Shown: positions 1-13,149, counted from the whole stretch's first letter. The stretch is 63,370 bases of DNA, filler included, from Choristocarpus tenellus KU-1152 (GCA_964200185.2; 12 parts of 12 records of this genome joined end to end with filler, not necessarily neighbours in it), one strand, 5' to 3'. Notes: a model not told the origin generated them from the letters alone. Numbers and translations: made by a program.

Positions 1-20
1 TTTTTTTTTTTTTTTTTTTT

Positions 21-71
21 AAGGAAACGGCGCCCCCAAAGATCTACACTTTTTCCCTAACCAACACTCTA

Positions 72-72
<1 letters not shown>
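21..72 (+). other. Degraded Illumina P5/TruSeq adapter between poly-T and poly-A (sequencing artefact)
   Basis: aaggaaacggcgcccccaaagatctacactttttccctaaccaacactctac aligns by eye to AATGATACGGCGACCACCGAGATCTACACTCTTTCCCTACACGACGCTCTTCC; it sits at a contig end. Confidence 0.85.
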
Positions 73-108
<36 letters not shown>

Positions 109-236
109 CTGTTTTCAAGCGTAACCGTGACCCTAACATCACCATGATGTTCAAGAGAGTCAAAAGTCACGTACTTCAGTCAGTACGTACAAGAGAGACA
201 GTCACAAAACGCCATCGTACAGAATAGAAAACTCAC

Positions 237-3200
237 GGTCCCAAATCCCCCACTGCCCAAGGCCCTTGACCGGGTCCCAGAGTCCAGGCCCAGCTGCCCT
301 GGGTCTGGAACCTCAGCGACAAGACAGGCATAAGGGACAGAGAACGGGGGCAGGGAGAAGTATAATAAAAATAATATATAATATATATATACATATATAT
401 ATATAATAAAAAATTAAAAAAATATATCATGTCCAGGGAGAGGTCTATCAAGTCATGATATCTACTATGTCGAATATCCTCTCCTTCAAAAAAACAAATA
501 AAATTAATGTGTGTGTGTGTGTGTGTGTGTGTGTTTTGTTTTTTTTTGTTTTTGTTTTTGTTTTTGTTTTTACAGTTACGCACCGATCTCAGTAAAACCA
601 ACAGCCTTGCGTTGTGCCTCCAGCGTCCTGAGAGCACCCAAAGCTTTCGAGGCGTCTTGGTGGTCATTCGACAATTCCGCTTCCTCCAGAACACTCTGCA
701 AAGAGTACAACAGGGGGTTGGTCGTGGGAAACAACAGGGAACGGGGAGGAAGATTCCTCGTAAGAAACCAGTGAACAAGAACAAGATCAAGAACAAGATC
801 AAGAACAAGAACAAGAACAAGAACAAGAACAAGAACAAGATCAGGATTTTCCTCACGAGAAGGGATGCACAATTGAAGGGGGAAAGGGGGGATGGGATGG
901 GTCAGGGTAGGGATTGGAAAATGGCATACACTACTGAAAGGAATTTCTAGGAACAATGTAGCAGTTGGGACCCAGCAGTATCATCATCTCTACCAGTATC
1001 GTCATCTCTACCCCTTCAGGTCAACCTAGGAGATGAGAGAGGTAGAATAAGACTTTACTAAACAGGTAGAACAAAACACTTGCGATTCCTTGCAGTCTCT
1101 CACCAAAAAACTTTCATAATCCATCTTTCCCGACAAGGACGGCTGCCTACCAGAGGCTCAAACCACGTAGCGCTCAACATCAACAGTACTAAATCCATAG
1201 TTGTCTCTGCACAATATTTGGCACCCGTTGGTCTACACACTCATCATCATCTAATATACACCTGGCTTCATTTCCCCTCCAATGCCCAGTGCTTTTTTAG
1301 TGCACAAGACATCACCATCGCAATAACTGACAGTCAAGCACAAGACACACATCCATCACAAAAACCCCTCACCCCTCATTTCGCGCATCACTTCTGTTCC
1401 ATCAAGCAAGCCTAGATCACTTTCTATAATTTCTATAATATGATTTCTATAATATGATTTCTATAATATAATTTCTATAGTATGATTTCTATAATATGAT
1501 TTCTATAATATGATTTCTATAATATAATTTCTATAGTATGATTTCTATAGTATGATTTCTATAATATGATTTCTATAATCTTTCGCATGTTCATCCAAAC
1601 AAAAAAACAAGAAAAAATAGAGAGAGAAGAGTCTCCCTCCACCTTCCCCTCCCCCTCCCCCTCCCCCTCTAACCCTAACCCTAACCTTAACCCCACAATC
1701 TCTCACCTCCAGCACTTCTAACAAACTCTCAATGTCTTCTAGCCTGTCTGCTTCATTCTCCCTTTCCATTTGCGATTGGTATCCCTTTTGCTTCTTTGTA
1801 ACACAGTTCGTTCGTTTTTTGAGGATGATACACAAAGAAGGGAAGTTGGTGAGAGCGGAATCGTGCGTATCAACACAGACAGAAAAAAAAAAAAATGTTA
1901 AAAAAAATTACGCTTTACTTTTTTAACTTCAACAATCTAGAATCTCGTGTCAGATGCCACGATGGTACCTCAAAATCCTCAAAACCACACACGGCAGATC
2001 TTTGGTTTGTGCACCTGCATACATATATGTGTCTTGTGTGTCAGAACAGGGTTCAATTATTTCGTGAGCTAATTGAATGCGGAATTCTTGGGGCATATCA
2101 AAAGTAAATCAACCCAAGGAACTACTTCGAAGGGGCAGAGCATGGACATCAAATACATCAAATTCTTGGACCAACAAAACGCTTCAATTGCCCTTTCAAA
2201 CTCTTCACTCTTTTGTTCACTGCACTAGTACACTAATAAGTCGTAAGGAAAAAAAGGTAACACGACTCGGACAAAAATATGAATAACAAAAACATTAATA
2301 ACAAAAACATTAATAACAAAAACATTAATAACTTCAATAACTGTCGCTTGAGCCGTTTCGTGGCATACCCCATTAACAAGCGCGAACACTACATCTATCC
2401 TGCTGGCTGAGGCACAGCATAGGACATAGGACACGAGGCAAGGTACCTGCATGAGAACACCCAAACGGGAGCCAAGGTCCTCAAAGGTTCGGTTATCCTC
2501 GTCATGGTCCACGATGTGCTTCCACCAGTCAATCCGTGAGTACCTGGCCATGAGAGAATAGAGGACAACGTCAACATGATAACTGGAGAAAAAGTAGGTA
2601 AGGAAACGGGAAATGCTTGTAGGGATTGAGAACTTCAATCTGAAAAACAGTAAAAGTCAGCATGCTCTCTGGGTTCAGGAGGGTTGCACACAATGACAAA
2701 CGCAAGCAGAATCAGGTGTAAATTCGTTTTCCCTCGTGTACAGGAAGCGACTGTTGGGACAGGAGGCTACTCTGCCATGGTCAAGGATGAGATGAAAAAA
2801 TACCTGTGGGCCTGCCTGACCCATCAAAGGTTTACTTGCCTTGAAAGAAAGGTGTGTGCCTCTAATAGAAGCTCTTTAATGGAAAGCAGCAGCGACAAAT
2901 CCCTGCTTTGCTTCTTGCGAAGAACTTTCAACAGGGGTTGCTCCAACGAGGCCAGCCGGGACCCCAGACGCTGGCATTGAGATAAATTTCCCTGATTGCA
3001 GTGGTCGACGGTCGAGCAAAGCACAAACAATAACATGAATGGTAACCTTGAGGTGTGGTTACACCTACCGTAAATTAAACACACAAAGTGAACTAGAAAA
3101 CCAGTCAGGAGGGATATGAAGGTGAAAGTTAAGTCCGCGCACCTTCACTCCGAGAACCAGGTTCTCGATGTCGTCAAGAGAGCTCCAAATCTCCCGAGGC

Positions 3201-3541
3201 AAGCCAGTCGGCCAAACATCACCCTTCCCACTGCTAGCAGTACTCCCTCCAGGTTCCGACCCTGCATTATTCTTCTCACTTGCTAATCGGGCATTTCCAG
3301 AGATGGAGACACTGTCGCCGGGATCAGATACAAAGTCGTCCACGTCACGGTCAACAACGTTATCGAAACCGGATGTTGTCACCGTTGCAGTCGACGCTCT
3401 TCTCTTAGGCTCCTTAGCCAACGCCCTCCTGGAGAGATATCCATTGTCGAAGTCGACCAGCGACGTTTGCCGAGGAGTGCTCTCCTCTAGCGCTGCACGC
3501 CGGGCTGAGGGTAACATAGACTCAGGGGGTTGCGTAGACAT
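237..3541 (-). CDS. Multi-exon gene of unknown function (3' end probably off contig)
   Basis: Exon-like segments with GT/AG ends: 3541-3143 (MSTQPPE...DDIENLVLGVK|gtgcgc), ~3000-2800 (LASLEQPLLKVLRKK...), ~2639-2340 (KFSIPTSISRFL...), ~1790-1707 (ENEADRLEDIESLLEVLE|gtgaga), 695-584 (SVLEEAELSNDHQD...), 311-237 (...WGIWD|gtgagt). No family recognised; some boundaries uncertain. Confidence 0.5.
508..570. repeat. (TG)n and (TTTTTG)n microsatellites
   Basis: Directly visible; explains the low-complexity ORFs at 233-956. Confidence 0.9.
773..843. repeat. (AAGAAC/AAGATC)n hexamer microsatellite
   Basis: About 11 tandem hexamers. Confidence 0.9.
1421..1579. repeat. 14-bp minisatellite (TTCTATAATATGAT, about 11 copies)
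   Basis: Directly visible tandem array with minor variants. Confidence 0.9.
2283..2332. repeat. 15-bp tandem repeat (AATAACAAAAACATT x3)
   Basis: Directly visible. Confidence 0.85.
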
Positions 3542-6283
3542 TACCTGGTGCCAACTTTTCCTTGAAAACTATAACCCTGCCACAATATTATAAATAAGAG
3601 AAAGAACTATTAATGAAAGTATGTAGGAGTCTTAAATAATGAATAGTAGAGGCGTTCGGGGACTCGTGGAAAAATGCTCCATCCAAGGTACACCAACTAA
3701 ATAAGCCTTTCATGACATCGCAAGTAGCAAGAACACAGCGAAAGACAAACCACCCACACCTTCAGAGCACCAAAAACCATAACCCATCATAATAATGACT
3801 CACCACACGGTCAATGCCAGGTCCCACCACAAACTAGGTGAGTGGATCTATCACAGTAAGGATGCTCCGGGACTCGCGCAATAATCAATTGAAGGAAGGA
3901 CCTCTACAGTCAAAGTCAAGTCTTTGAAATTCTGGTAGCATTCCTGAGTAGATATTGACTCTAAACAAAAACCGAATTTTCCATTCATCAATAGAATAGA
4001 TAGGTGTGAAGTTGTGTACTTCCCATAAATTATTTTTTATTCTCTCCAACATTTTGGAGATATGTCACGAAAACGTCAAATTAATATAACAAAAACAAGT
4101 CTACTTGACAATAATCTAACAATAAAACAAAGAACGATGTGATCTTAAATATATTTCTCCGTACCCTCCGATTTCATTTCAAGGTATCAAACATGGTATC
4201 CAGGTTTGGACAATAGAAAGGACGTAGACAAGAGGAGGGTTGAATTATCTCATTGTTGAAGTTGGATAAAATGTGAACGTGATGTTTGTTGGTTCATGGA
4301 AAGGAGACTTAATTTCTTTGGGGACCAACGGACATTTTTTCAGTCTCGACGAGGAAGGTACCTGAACTTGACTCAACTACACACATCCCGCCTTTTTATA
4401 CGTTTAGTCGTACCTCAAATTTGGGTTATCCCTACAGGACCCGACTTGTTGCAACCATATTAGTTTGAAGGTTCCTTGGGGAAAGGTTTATCCTCTGGTC
4501 GGAAGAAAGGGTTGTGGTACATTCGTAATAGCTCATTGCTGATGTTTGCAGTACGTTGGTGTCGAACAATATTCTGGTTGGGGAAATTACGATGCCTGCG
4601 CTGTGCCCTGAGTGTGGGGGCAACATGGGTGCGACTGGTAGGCTAGGGAAGCCGGGTATCGGGCAGGCCATTTCTTCTGAATACAACAAGTTGTTGGTAT
4701 TGACTGAAGGTGCAGTGAAGAAGTAATCGAAGAAGTGCGAGTTAGCATCCGTAAGAGTGGACGACATATTGTGGAAGATACATAGGTCTTGCTTCATGAT
4801 GAATAGTCGAGGATATTGCAAAAGGAATCTGGAATTCTCACCTAAGCCTGTTGTGCATCACAAGCGACACCGAATTGACCACTACATAACATTAGATAAG
4901 TCGTTGCTTGCACCCCTGTCGCATGTTGAGATTATTGGGAATATGGGCACGATAAACAGAGCAGAACAAATGGCGTCAGCAGCAGGTATGGCTGGTGTAC
5001 TGTGATATTAGAGCCTGAAACGCCATAAAACTGTGCCCCCAGTCGTCACACACCTTGCTCAAGGCTTTACTTGGAAGCGGTGAAAAATATTGGCTCCCTA
5101 ATATAGTAGAATTTTTCCATCAATCAAATTCACCATTTAGGACATTACTCAACCCCTCACTCCCATAGTACGTCATGTCGACGGTCAAATTAATAATTTG
5201 ATGCGCTTAGAAATGGATAACGGGACCATAGCAATTCAGGGTAAATGTAAGATGATATCCTTCAAGGATGAGGATAAATATATTGGGACGAAAAACATGT
5301 GAAGGGCCGGAGTGGGTTATGAGGGGTCCTACACGTATACAAGTCATTGATCTGGGGTTGGGCTTTATCATTATTCTACCAGTCCCAAGATGCCCGTGTA
5401 ACCCGTAAAGATCCCGTTTTGTAGGCCCAGGAATCCCTACACTAGCCTCCCAAGATCGCTTCTCTTCAACGGGCACCCAAAGACATCCCGCAAGACATCC
5501 CAAACACACACACACATTGATTAGTTGTGCACCATCTTTCAGTGTGTGGCCTACACTTTAAGACAGTCTCACAGTGAAAAATGCGAGTCTCGCACTCAAA
5601 ACAGCCTAGAAATCTAATTGGTTGCCCATGAAATTTGCTGTTGGAGTGGACAGGATAGACGATCATTTGTTAACTCTAAAGACATGCTGCACGACAATGT
5701 ACATTGGTTAGTAGGGCGCTGTCATTTGCTGCCCCCCAAAATGCCTGACCAGATACGAAAGCAAAAAGCAACGTACCACAATGGACAGAAGAACTCCCTT
5801 AAACCCAGTGCACAAGTCTCCACAGTCCACCTTCTCCTCCGACAGGCACTCAAATGCATCCCAGAAGACTCTCTAGACATGTTAGGGTCATAGTCCATGG
5901 CTATGCATGCCTTTCAGTGTTTGATCTACACACCACATCAGTTCACCTCCAACAGAGCAAATTGCACAGTAGAAAAAAACGATTCATTTGCCACACATAG
6001 AGCACTTCCACATGGAACGCCTCCTCTTTTTACCTCTATTACGTAAAGTCCAGACTCAAGACAAATCATGGTAAGTGGGGAAGGTGACTGAGGGACATGA
6101 GTGCAGTTACCTTCATCCGTGTCCAGATATCCAGACCATTTTGCATCCCCACTACCTCTGGAAAATCGGACTCCTGTAATATCACCAGATTGTAATATTC
6201 AAACTATGTAACCTATCCACGTTCTTCAGGTTTGCCACAACTCTTCCTCTCCTATGTATTTCTTCGGCACTAGGCCCTCAATA

Positions 6284-6463
6284 GGCTCAAAGTGTCTGGA
6301 GGGGGGTGGCGGCTATCCACTTTGGGTCAATTTTTACATGTCGCGATTTTTGTGTGATTTCGTTGCATACGTCGGATGGATAATGTAAGTGCATTTTTCC
6401 TGGTCATGGACCAAATGGACACCCTGGTGTAGATCCCCCCCCCGCCCCCAGATAGTTTGGGTC
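6284..6463 (+). mobile_element. MITE family A (~180 bp), 3-bp TSD ATA
   Basis: TIRs ggctcaaagtgtctgg...ccagatagtttgggtc flanked by ata/ata; interior shared with several other copies in the window. Confidence 0.85.
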
Positions 6464-6792
6464 ATACCTCGTTCCGCGCCCTCTCTTCTCATTCCTGCAA
6501 ACAGCTGTCCTCATTTTCCTTCCCTTATCCGTGCATCTCCCCTTCTCCTCCTGCCACTCACTTATCCTAAAGTGTTTGCGCTCCCTGCCACGTCAGAAAC
6601 CTCATGTTCGAAGCAGTAGTCGTCTGGTACAACCAAGCAATGTACACCTACCCGACATCCGACGGTGACTGATCCTTCCCCAACATCATTGGTAAATGGA
6701 GGTTGGTATTCAACGCTAAGCATTGCCCCAACCATCACTCATTCGCACATTCTATTTTTCGATACTTCCTTCCAAGCGTCAGACGCATGATC

Positions 6793-7190
6793 GAATCTTC
6801 AGCTATGACATCCCCTGCACGACATCTCACTTTCCTCCTCGTGGAAAGGTCGCCCTAATCCAGCTTTGTTTCAACACCATAGATTTCAGTGTCAGGAAAT
6901 AAGGATATCCTCTTTCTCTCCTCACCGACAGCCTCGATCTGGCAAGAGTGACCTCCAAGGGAAGAAATATCTGACTCCTTGTCCCTTTCCTCCGCATGGG
7001 GACAGTCCGTATTTGTTTGATCCTCACGAACCTTAGCACTGTGCCCTTGGCAATAGTCTTCCAAAAAACATTTACATATCCTGTGAGCAGGACGGAACTC
7101 ACACCATCGGCCAAATCTCAGTTGGGGCTTGGGTTTGCACCTTCCACCCTATTCAAATCTCATCGCTTGTAGGACACCATACCAGAACTG
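6793..7190 (+). pseudogene. Decayed WRN-like/DnaQ 3'-5' exonuclease domain relic
   Basis: Translation RIFSYDIPCTTSHFPPRGKVALIQLCF followed by SKGRNI resembles the GFDxE...GKVALIQL...KVGxNI pattern; interrupted by stops and frameshifts. Confidence 0.4.
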
Positions 7191-7867
7191 TGTTTAGCCA
7201 TCCCTCAAAAAAGTCTGAAATGGACTATCAACGGTACTTGACTCCTTCACATATTTCTGCTGATCTTAATGTGAGAAGCAGGTCTGTCTATTGTCACTCC
7301 GTTTGCTGCTGCGAGATATAGTGAAATACCATTTGAGGTTGTTTTCTGAGGACTGTGGTTCAACTGTGGAGGATCTTTGAAAGGATAGGTTTCTGTTACT
7401 TACTGTGACATCTCCTCATGACCACGTTTTCCGAAGGCGGACCTCTCACCACTGAGAGGTTCCTTTTATGAACCCCATCCAAACCATGATCCTCTCCTCT
7501 TCCTCACTTCTTGCATTTTTGTCCAACCTTAACCTTTCCCTCTCGGTTACAGTTTGTGTTTGTCGTCTAGTCCATCTTGCCCAGTGATTCTCTTCGGCAC
7601 CCTTTCCTATACTGAAACACGCCGCTTCAGAATCACACAGTTCACATTGGAGACACTGGTGAATTTAGACGAGGGTTTAAAAGCTAGATATAGAACCGTG
7701 CCTAACTCGAAGGCTAGAAGACTTGATAGTGGCTAGCAAGGGTACCCAACCAATTCTGCTGAAGAATATAAGTATGAGAAAGAGAAGTCTGACGAAAGTG
7801 GGTCTGTGAAAGATATGAGGCCATCCGCCAATAAGAGTTAGGACACTGGGTCAAAGTATCTTGGGGG

Positions 7868-7967
7868 NNNNNNNNNNNNNNNNNNNNNNNNNNNNNNNNN
7901 NNNNNNNNNNNTTAATTAATTAANNNNNNNNNNNNNNNNNNNNNNNNNNNNNNNNNNNNNNNNNNNN
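7868..7967. other. Artificial contig linker N44-TTAATTAATTAA-N44 (first of 11)
   Basis: Identical 100-nt spacer with stops in all six frames, repeated at 12240, 19037, 24029, 26642, 35107, 40810, 48107, 53313, 56276 and 60579. Confidence 0.98.
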
Positions 7968-9674
7968 ATGAAACACATACAGGCGTTCCTTTTTCACCCT
8001 ATCAATCCCAAGGACAGCAGGAATGCAACCTCCCCCCCCCGCCCTTCCCCCATCCCTAAAAAGAAAAAGAAAAAAACACACAACCATTTTACCATCAATC
8101 ACCCGAAGCCACAATCCCCTCTCCACCCCCAAACAAAACACAGATGCATACTTCGCCTCCCATATTTCCAGAATATTTTTCGGAATATATATATTTCAAA
8201 CATTACTCATCTCAACACATTTTTTTTTTCTTCCGATGAATCCAACGCAAAAATCCGTTTAAAATAAAATAAAATCGGAGGTCATCACCCCGAAGAGGTA
8301 CATACATAAATGGACCAGACTTTATGGGACAGAGGGGTAGTACATACACAAAATCATTTCAGGCATCTCCAACAGTCTAACTTCTCCCATAGACATGGAC
8401 ATTCCCATCGCCGGGAAGTCACTCTCCTTCATCTTTTATCTTATTTTTATTTTTCACCACTTGGCAAACATAATCGTGTTCCCAAACGATGCAACAACAG
8501 TAAAAAAAAAAATAGCAACATTCACATTCTTGATCATTCCACCGTTTTGCGAAAAAAATGAGCCGGCACTTTTTTGGCCAAAAGAAATGCCCTTAGGTTA
8601 CGAAAGCAATCATATACTTGACCTCCACATACTAAGCCAGGGGAGGCCAGGGGAGGTTTTGATAAATGACTCCAGGCATTCTTGCACTCTCATACTGACG
8701 CCACAAAGGCATCCTAGAAGTGAGACATGTACAGTCCTATCATCTCATTTTCATTTATTGTTTTTATGGCACCAAAAGAATGTTGAGTAGCAGAAATTTC
8801 TTAGCCGTATGCAAATTATTCTGAGGTCTTTTGTTCAATGAGTTAAAACATCCATCCAAGAGGTGGGTCAATCTCGAACCCATCTCTCTTGTAGATTCAG
8901 GGCATTCTTAGGTTCTTGTGCATGCAATGTACGCCATGCCCATTCTAGAAAACCCAGTTAACCCCTCTTCAAAGGCTGTAACTGTGGAACAAGATAATAC
9001 CTACATGCATACATTATCATTACATACATTAACAATGGAAAAAACATTACATTATCAATTATCGACAGAAGTGTCCTTCAAAGTGCCCAAAACACACAAA
9101 AACCACAAGGGTATCACACAGGCCCTTGAACCTCCTCTTAGATGACTTCACTCAATGCATTTCAGGGTTTTTTGGCTCTTCCCCCAACCCCAACCCTAAC
9201 AGCCGCAAAGTATTGAATGACACAACACTCAAATATAAAAAAATAATATACATTGTGCAGATTAAAAAAAAAATAGATGGCGAAACATAATGGGTGGGGT
9301 AAAAAAAATAGATGGTCGGATCTACCCATCCAAAAAAAAAGCACAATTCAGGCCTCAACTCACTGTACCACAGTCCAAAACAAAAAAAAAGTAGAAGATA
9401 CTTTCAACAATAAAAATATATACATTTCTGCGACATGGTGACACACACAAGAACGGTTCTACTCATACTCAGACAGACCAAGAATGAATATATATTTTTA
9501 TATATATATGAAGCAAACAATGAGAAAAACATATCTGGAATAAAATAAAATTTTAAACAAAAGCATCACCGGAGATACTACAGCACGTAAAAGCAAACAC
9601 CATAACGCTAATAATAATAATAATAGTAACAATAATTGCAATAATAATAATAATAATAATAAGTAGCGCACTCA

Positions 9675-9889
9675 CAAAGGGTTTCCTCCGCAGTGTATTT
9701 CTTGACCGGAAACACTGTCTTCCCAAACTCATCAGCCCTGCCTGCAGTTGCCACAACAGAATATGCCTCCAGCGTGCCAGCCAAGGCCTCCCCCCTCTCC
9801 CATCCAATTCCATCACTCCCTCCCTTTCCTTGACCGAGGATCTCTCCAGCCTCGAAGGCGTTTTCCACTTTTCTCACCAGACCTTTGCC
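9675..9889 (-). CDS. Probable internal exon of an unidentified minus-strand gene on contig 2
   Basis: tttcag|GCAAAGG... KGLVRKVENAFEAGEILGQG...VFPVKKYTAEETL|gtgagt; weaker candidate exons near 8345-8430 and 10403-10463. Confidence 0.35.
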
Positions 9890-10118
9890 TGAAACCGGGG
9901 CATGATCCCCCGAAGGTAGAGGAGTGTGTACACGAGGTGGTGAGAAGGGGGGTTACAACAAGAGGGTGGCAGGCGGTGATTTTACATCTCTTTTGTGCAG
10001 CCTTTGTGCAAGAAGTTGGAGGGTGCATCAAGAGGCACATCAGAGCTGTGACAAGATTCAAGAGGGGGGGGAGGCTGCCGGATGGATGTGTGTATCCTGT
10101 TCACTCACTACTGTAACT

Positions 10119-10335
10119 CACTCAGACTGCATGCTATTGGTGGATGTACATGATTAATCCATCCTATTGGTTCAAATATTACACTCAGACTACATGCTAT
10201 TGGTGGATGTACATGATTAATCCATCCTATTGGTTCACACATCACACTCAGACTACATGCTATTGGCAGATGTACATGATTCATCCATCCAATTAGTTCA
10301 TACATCACACTCAGACTGCATGCTATCGGTGGACG
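10119..10335. repeat. 63-bp minisatellite, about 3.5 copies
   Basis: Unit starts cactcagact at 10119, 10182, 10245 and 10308. Confidence 0.9.
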
Positions 10336-11182
10336 AAGAGGTCTCTCTTAAAAATCGCATTCTGAAAACCTCTGGGTAAGTGTAGAAGCACGTACTAAGC
10401 ACGCGCCCTCAGCACATTTTCCTCAGGAAAATTCTTTCTGGTGTAACAACGCAAGGACAGATCTACACTCAACACAATAATTAAAACAGGAAAAACATAT
10501 CTGCACACGGCGCTGTGAAATAAAAAAAAACACAACAGATCAGATAATCCATGTCAGAAAAAGAAAAAGAAAACACGCCTGCAACATGGCCAAACCCTTC
10601 AAGGCATGGAAGCAAGCACTTCAATACTATATCACACTTCAATACTGTATCCTACCAAGCACACACCAAGGCCTCTCTCCCCCTCGAGGAACTAACCCAA
10701 CTGCAAAAAGAGGGACAGGGGGTGGGGGAGGGGGGGAGGAGTCGCGCTTTCGTCAAAGTATGTTCGGCCCCCTAAGGATGAAACAATTGCAGGGACGCTT
10801 TTTCAGAATGACAACATTCTAATCACTCCCACCAAAACTGTCAACACACAACTCGAATCACATAATAACACTTCCTCTTCCCCTGCCCAGCACCAATTCA
10901 AACAGTTCGCAGGGCACATTAGCCCATAAATGCACACAAGGTTGCATCTCATGCCCCTAACTCACCCTGGCGCAGGTTGTCCAAAACCCACTATGAGGTA
11001 TACCCTAAACTATCCACAAAATTCGACTCACTCTACCTACTCTACGCCACCCGCCGTGAAGTTGCAAAACACGCCTTCCCAATGCAGCATTTTTTTCACC
11101 CCACCGACTTTTCAAACTCATCCTGAAAAGAGGAAACAGCTTACAAAGTCACAAATCCAGCCCACTCCCGAAAATTCATCAC

Positions 11183-11247
11183 TAACCCTAACCCTAACCC
11201 TTACTCCTAACACACCTTGGGACTATCTAACCCTAACCCTAACCCTA
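11183..11247. repeat. Interstitial telomere-like (CCCTAA)n tracts
   Basis: ctaaccctaaccctaaccc; similar short tracts at ~1668-1690, 11757-11775, 18727-18742 (TTAGGG) and 48712-48724. Confidence 0.75.
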
Positions 11248-12191
11248 ATGCATCCCATATCCCCCACGGATGCGTGGTAAGGGTATTGTCGTGTAGTGGA
11301 TGGCGTGCACCAAGTTTGAACACCCCTCCATATATTATTAGTAATATTAAAATCACATACTTCAAAATCAACAAAATGCACTGCGCTCTACAGTACTACA
11401 AAAAAAAAATGTATCTGTTTTTCTAAGATCCGCTTCACCCTACCACTAACTACTACTGTTCTCGTCTTTTGGTAATTGACAAAAAAGGGTGTACCCCATC
11501 ATTGTACCATTTAAAAATGACATTACCATCGCACGAACGACGCCTTTCTTACCTCCGAAAGCAACACAATACTTACTACAAAAATATATAAATTTTTCAC
11601 AGACAGGGCATCACTCCCACCGTACACACTACTTACTACACATTTCACCAACCCCCAGTTAAAAAATATATATAAATGTCCAACCCACAGAACACCGGCA
11701 TGCAATAATAAAAAAAATACTACAAAACGGAGTAGTCGACAAAGTAACCTCACCCTGAACCCTAACCCTAACCCTATTTTTTTTTTAAACTGAAAAAAGT
11801 ACTGTATCCTCCATCTAATCACAAAAAAAAGTAATACACAAGAAGGCGTTACTCACTTCCTCCTTGCTCGTTTGAACACTGCATTCAAGCAGTAAAACAA
11901 GGAGGCATCTGTGCACAACATGCATCCTCTCAAGTTCCACCTCTGCCATCACCGTCAAATGCAGTCCACCCTCTCATCAGGCTTACATCAGTTCCCACTT
12001 TCACAGTCCTTAAACATCACACCGGCTTTATCCACAATTTATTTATTTTTAAAATATATGTATATATATATATATAACCTCAACAAACCAGTGATACAAA
12101 CAATGACAAAGAGGAGCCAAGTCATTTCCTCACTTCCTCTCCGCATTCAAATCAGCAATCAAAGAACAATCTCACGAGGCCATCCCAACCG

Positions 12192-12230
<39 letters not shown>

Positions 12231-12339
12231 ACCCCCCCCNNNNNNNNNNNNNNNNNNNNNNNNNNNNNNNNNNNNNNNNNNNNTTAATTAATTAANNNNN
12301 NNNNNNNNNNNNNNNNNNNNNNNNNNNNNNNNNNNNNNN

Positions 12340-12393
12340 CGAAAAAAGAGTGAAAAACGGACGCCGACACCCCCCCCCAAGATAGTTTGACCC
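12340..12393. mobile_element. MITE family B, truncated at contig start
   Basis: gtgaaaaacggacgccgacaccccc...agatagtttgaccc matches the end of the 53416-53594 copy. Confidence 0.75.
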
Positions 12394-12966
12394 CAAAAGA
12401 GAAAAACATATGAAATACAACTGTGAAGATAAAAAGTCTGGTGGTTCTGATGTGAAGATAAAAAAAAGAAACAAATTTGAATCAATGTCTGGGACAACTC
12501 ATATGGCACATATTATGCTTGTATGTTTGATAGATGTCGATTGTTTCATACTTCCTATGCACCATGGAGTTGTAACCATAGTTGATGATCCTATGTTGAT
12601 GTACCAATGATGTAAATGTGAGTTAAGGACCAGTACCGATGTGCGAATCAATAGTCAGTATGAACTGGTAACACTGTATCGCATTAATGACACAAAAGAT
12701 GTGTAGCCTATGTTTGAACAAATCAAGATAACCCCTATATTTGAAATTCTCAACCAGATAGGGCTTGCACCCCGCCACTTGTCTCGCTCATCAACCAGTA
12801 TGCCTGAGATTACAAAAAAAAATTGTGACACTTTGTTAAAGGAGGACAGCTTTTGCGGAGTTCCTTCAAGCCAGCAAGACAGGTCTTGATTCATGGTATG
12901 AGATCAAGCGAGTTACAGAGAAGTTTGACACCAAGTATGAAGACAACGGCAAGAATATGGAATTTT

Positions 12967-13149
12967 GGGTCAAAATATCTGGGGAGGGTGGCGGCTGTCC
13001 ATTCAGGGGCAATTTTTCTGTGATTCGATTTTTGGGTGACTTAGTTCATTGCGTCGGGTGGATAATGAAAGTTGACTTCTCCTGGTCAGGACCCCAATGG
13101 AGACCCTGGTGTAGACCCCCCCCCTTCGCCCCTCCAGATACTTTGAGTC
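12967..13149 (+). mobile_element. MITE family A
   Basis: TIRs gggtcaaaatatctgg...ccagatactttgagtc; interior matches the 6284 copy; TSD imperfect (ttt/tct). Confidence 0.85.

Noticed and set aside
1-106. Poly-T/poly-A flanked segment resembling a retroposed insert or terminator
   Set aside because: Matches a corrupted Illumina adapter.
233-956. Long overlapping ORFs of 87-207 aa
   Set aside because: Open only because of stop-free microsatellites; only short internal exons are credible.
4432-5515. ORFs of 82-129 aa on contig 1
   Set aside because: No recognisable motifs or splice structure; probably decayed TE sequence that I cannot classify.
10119-10335. CRISPR-like array
   Set aside because: Units are contiguous and near-identical with no unique spacers; no cas genes; eukaryotic context.
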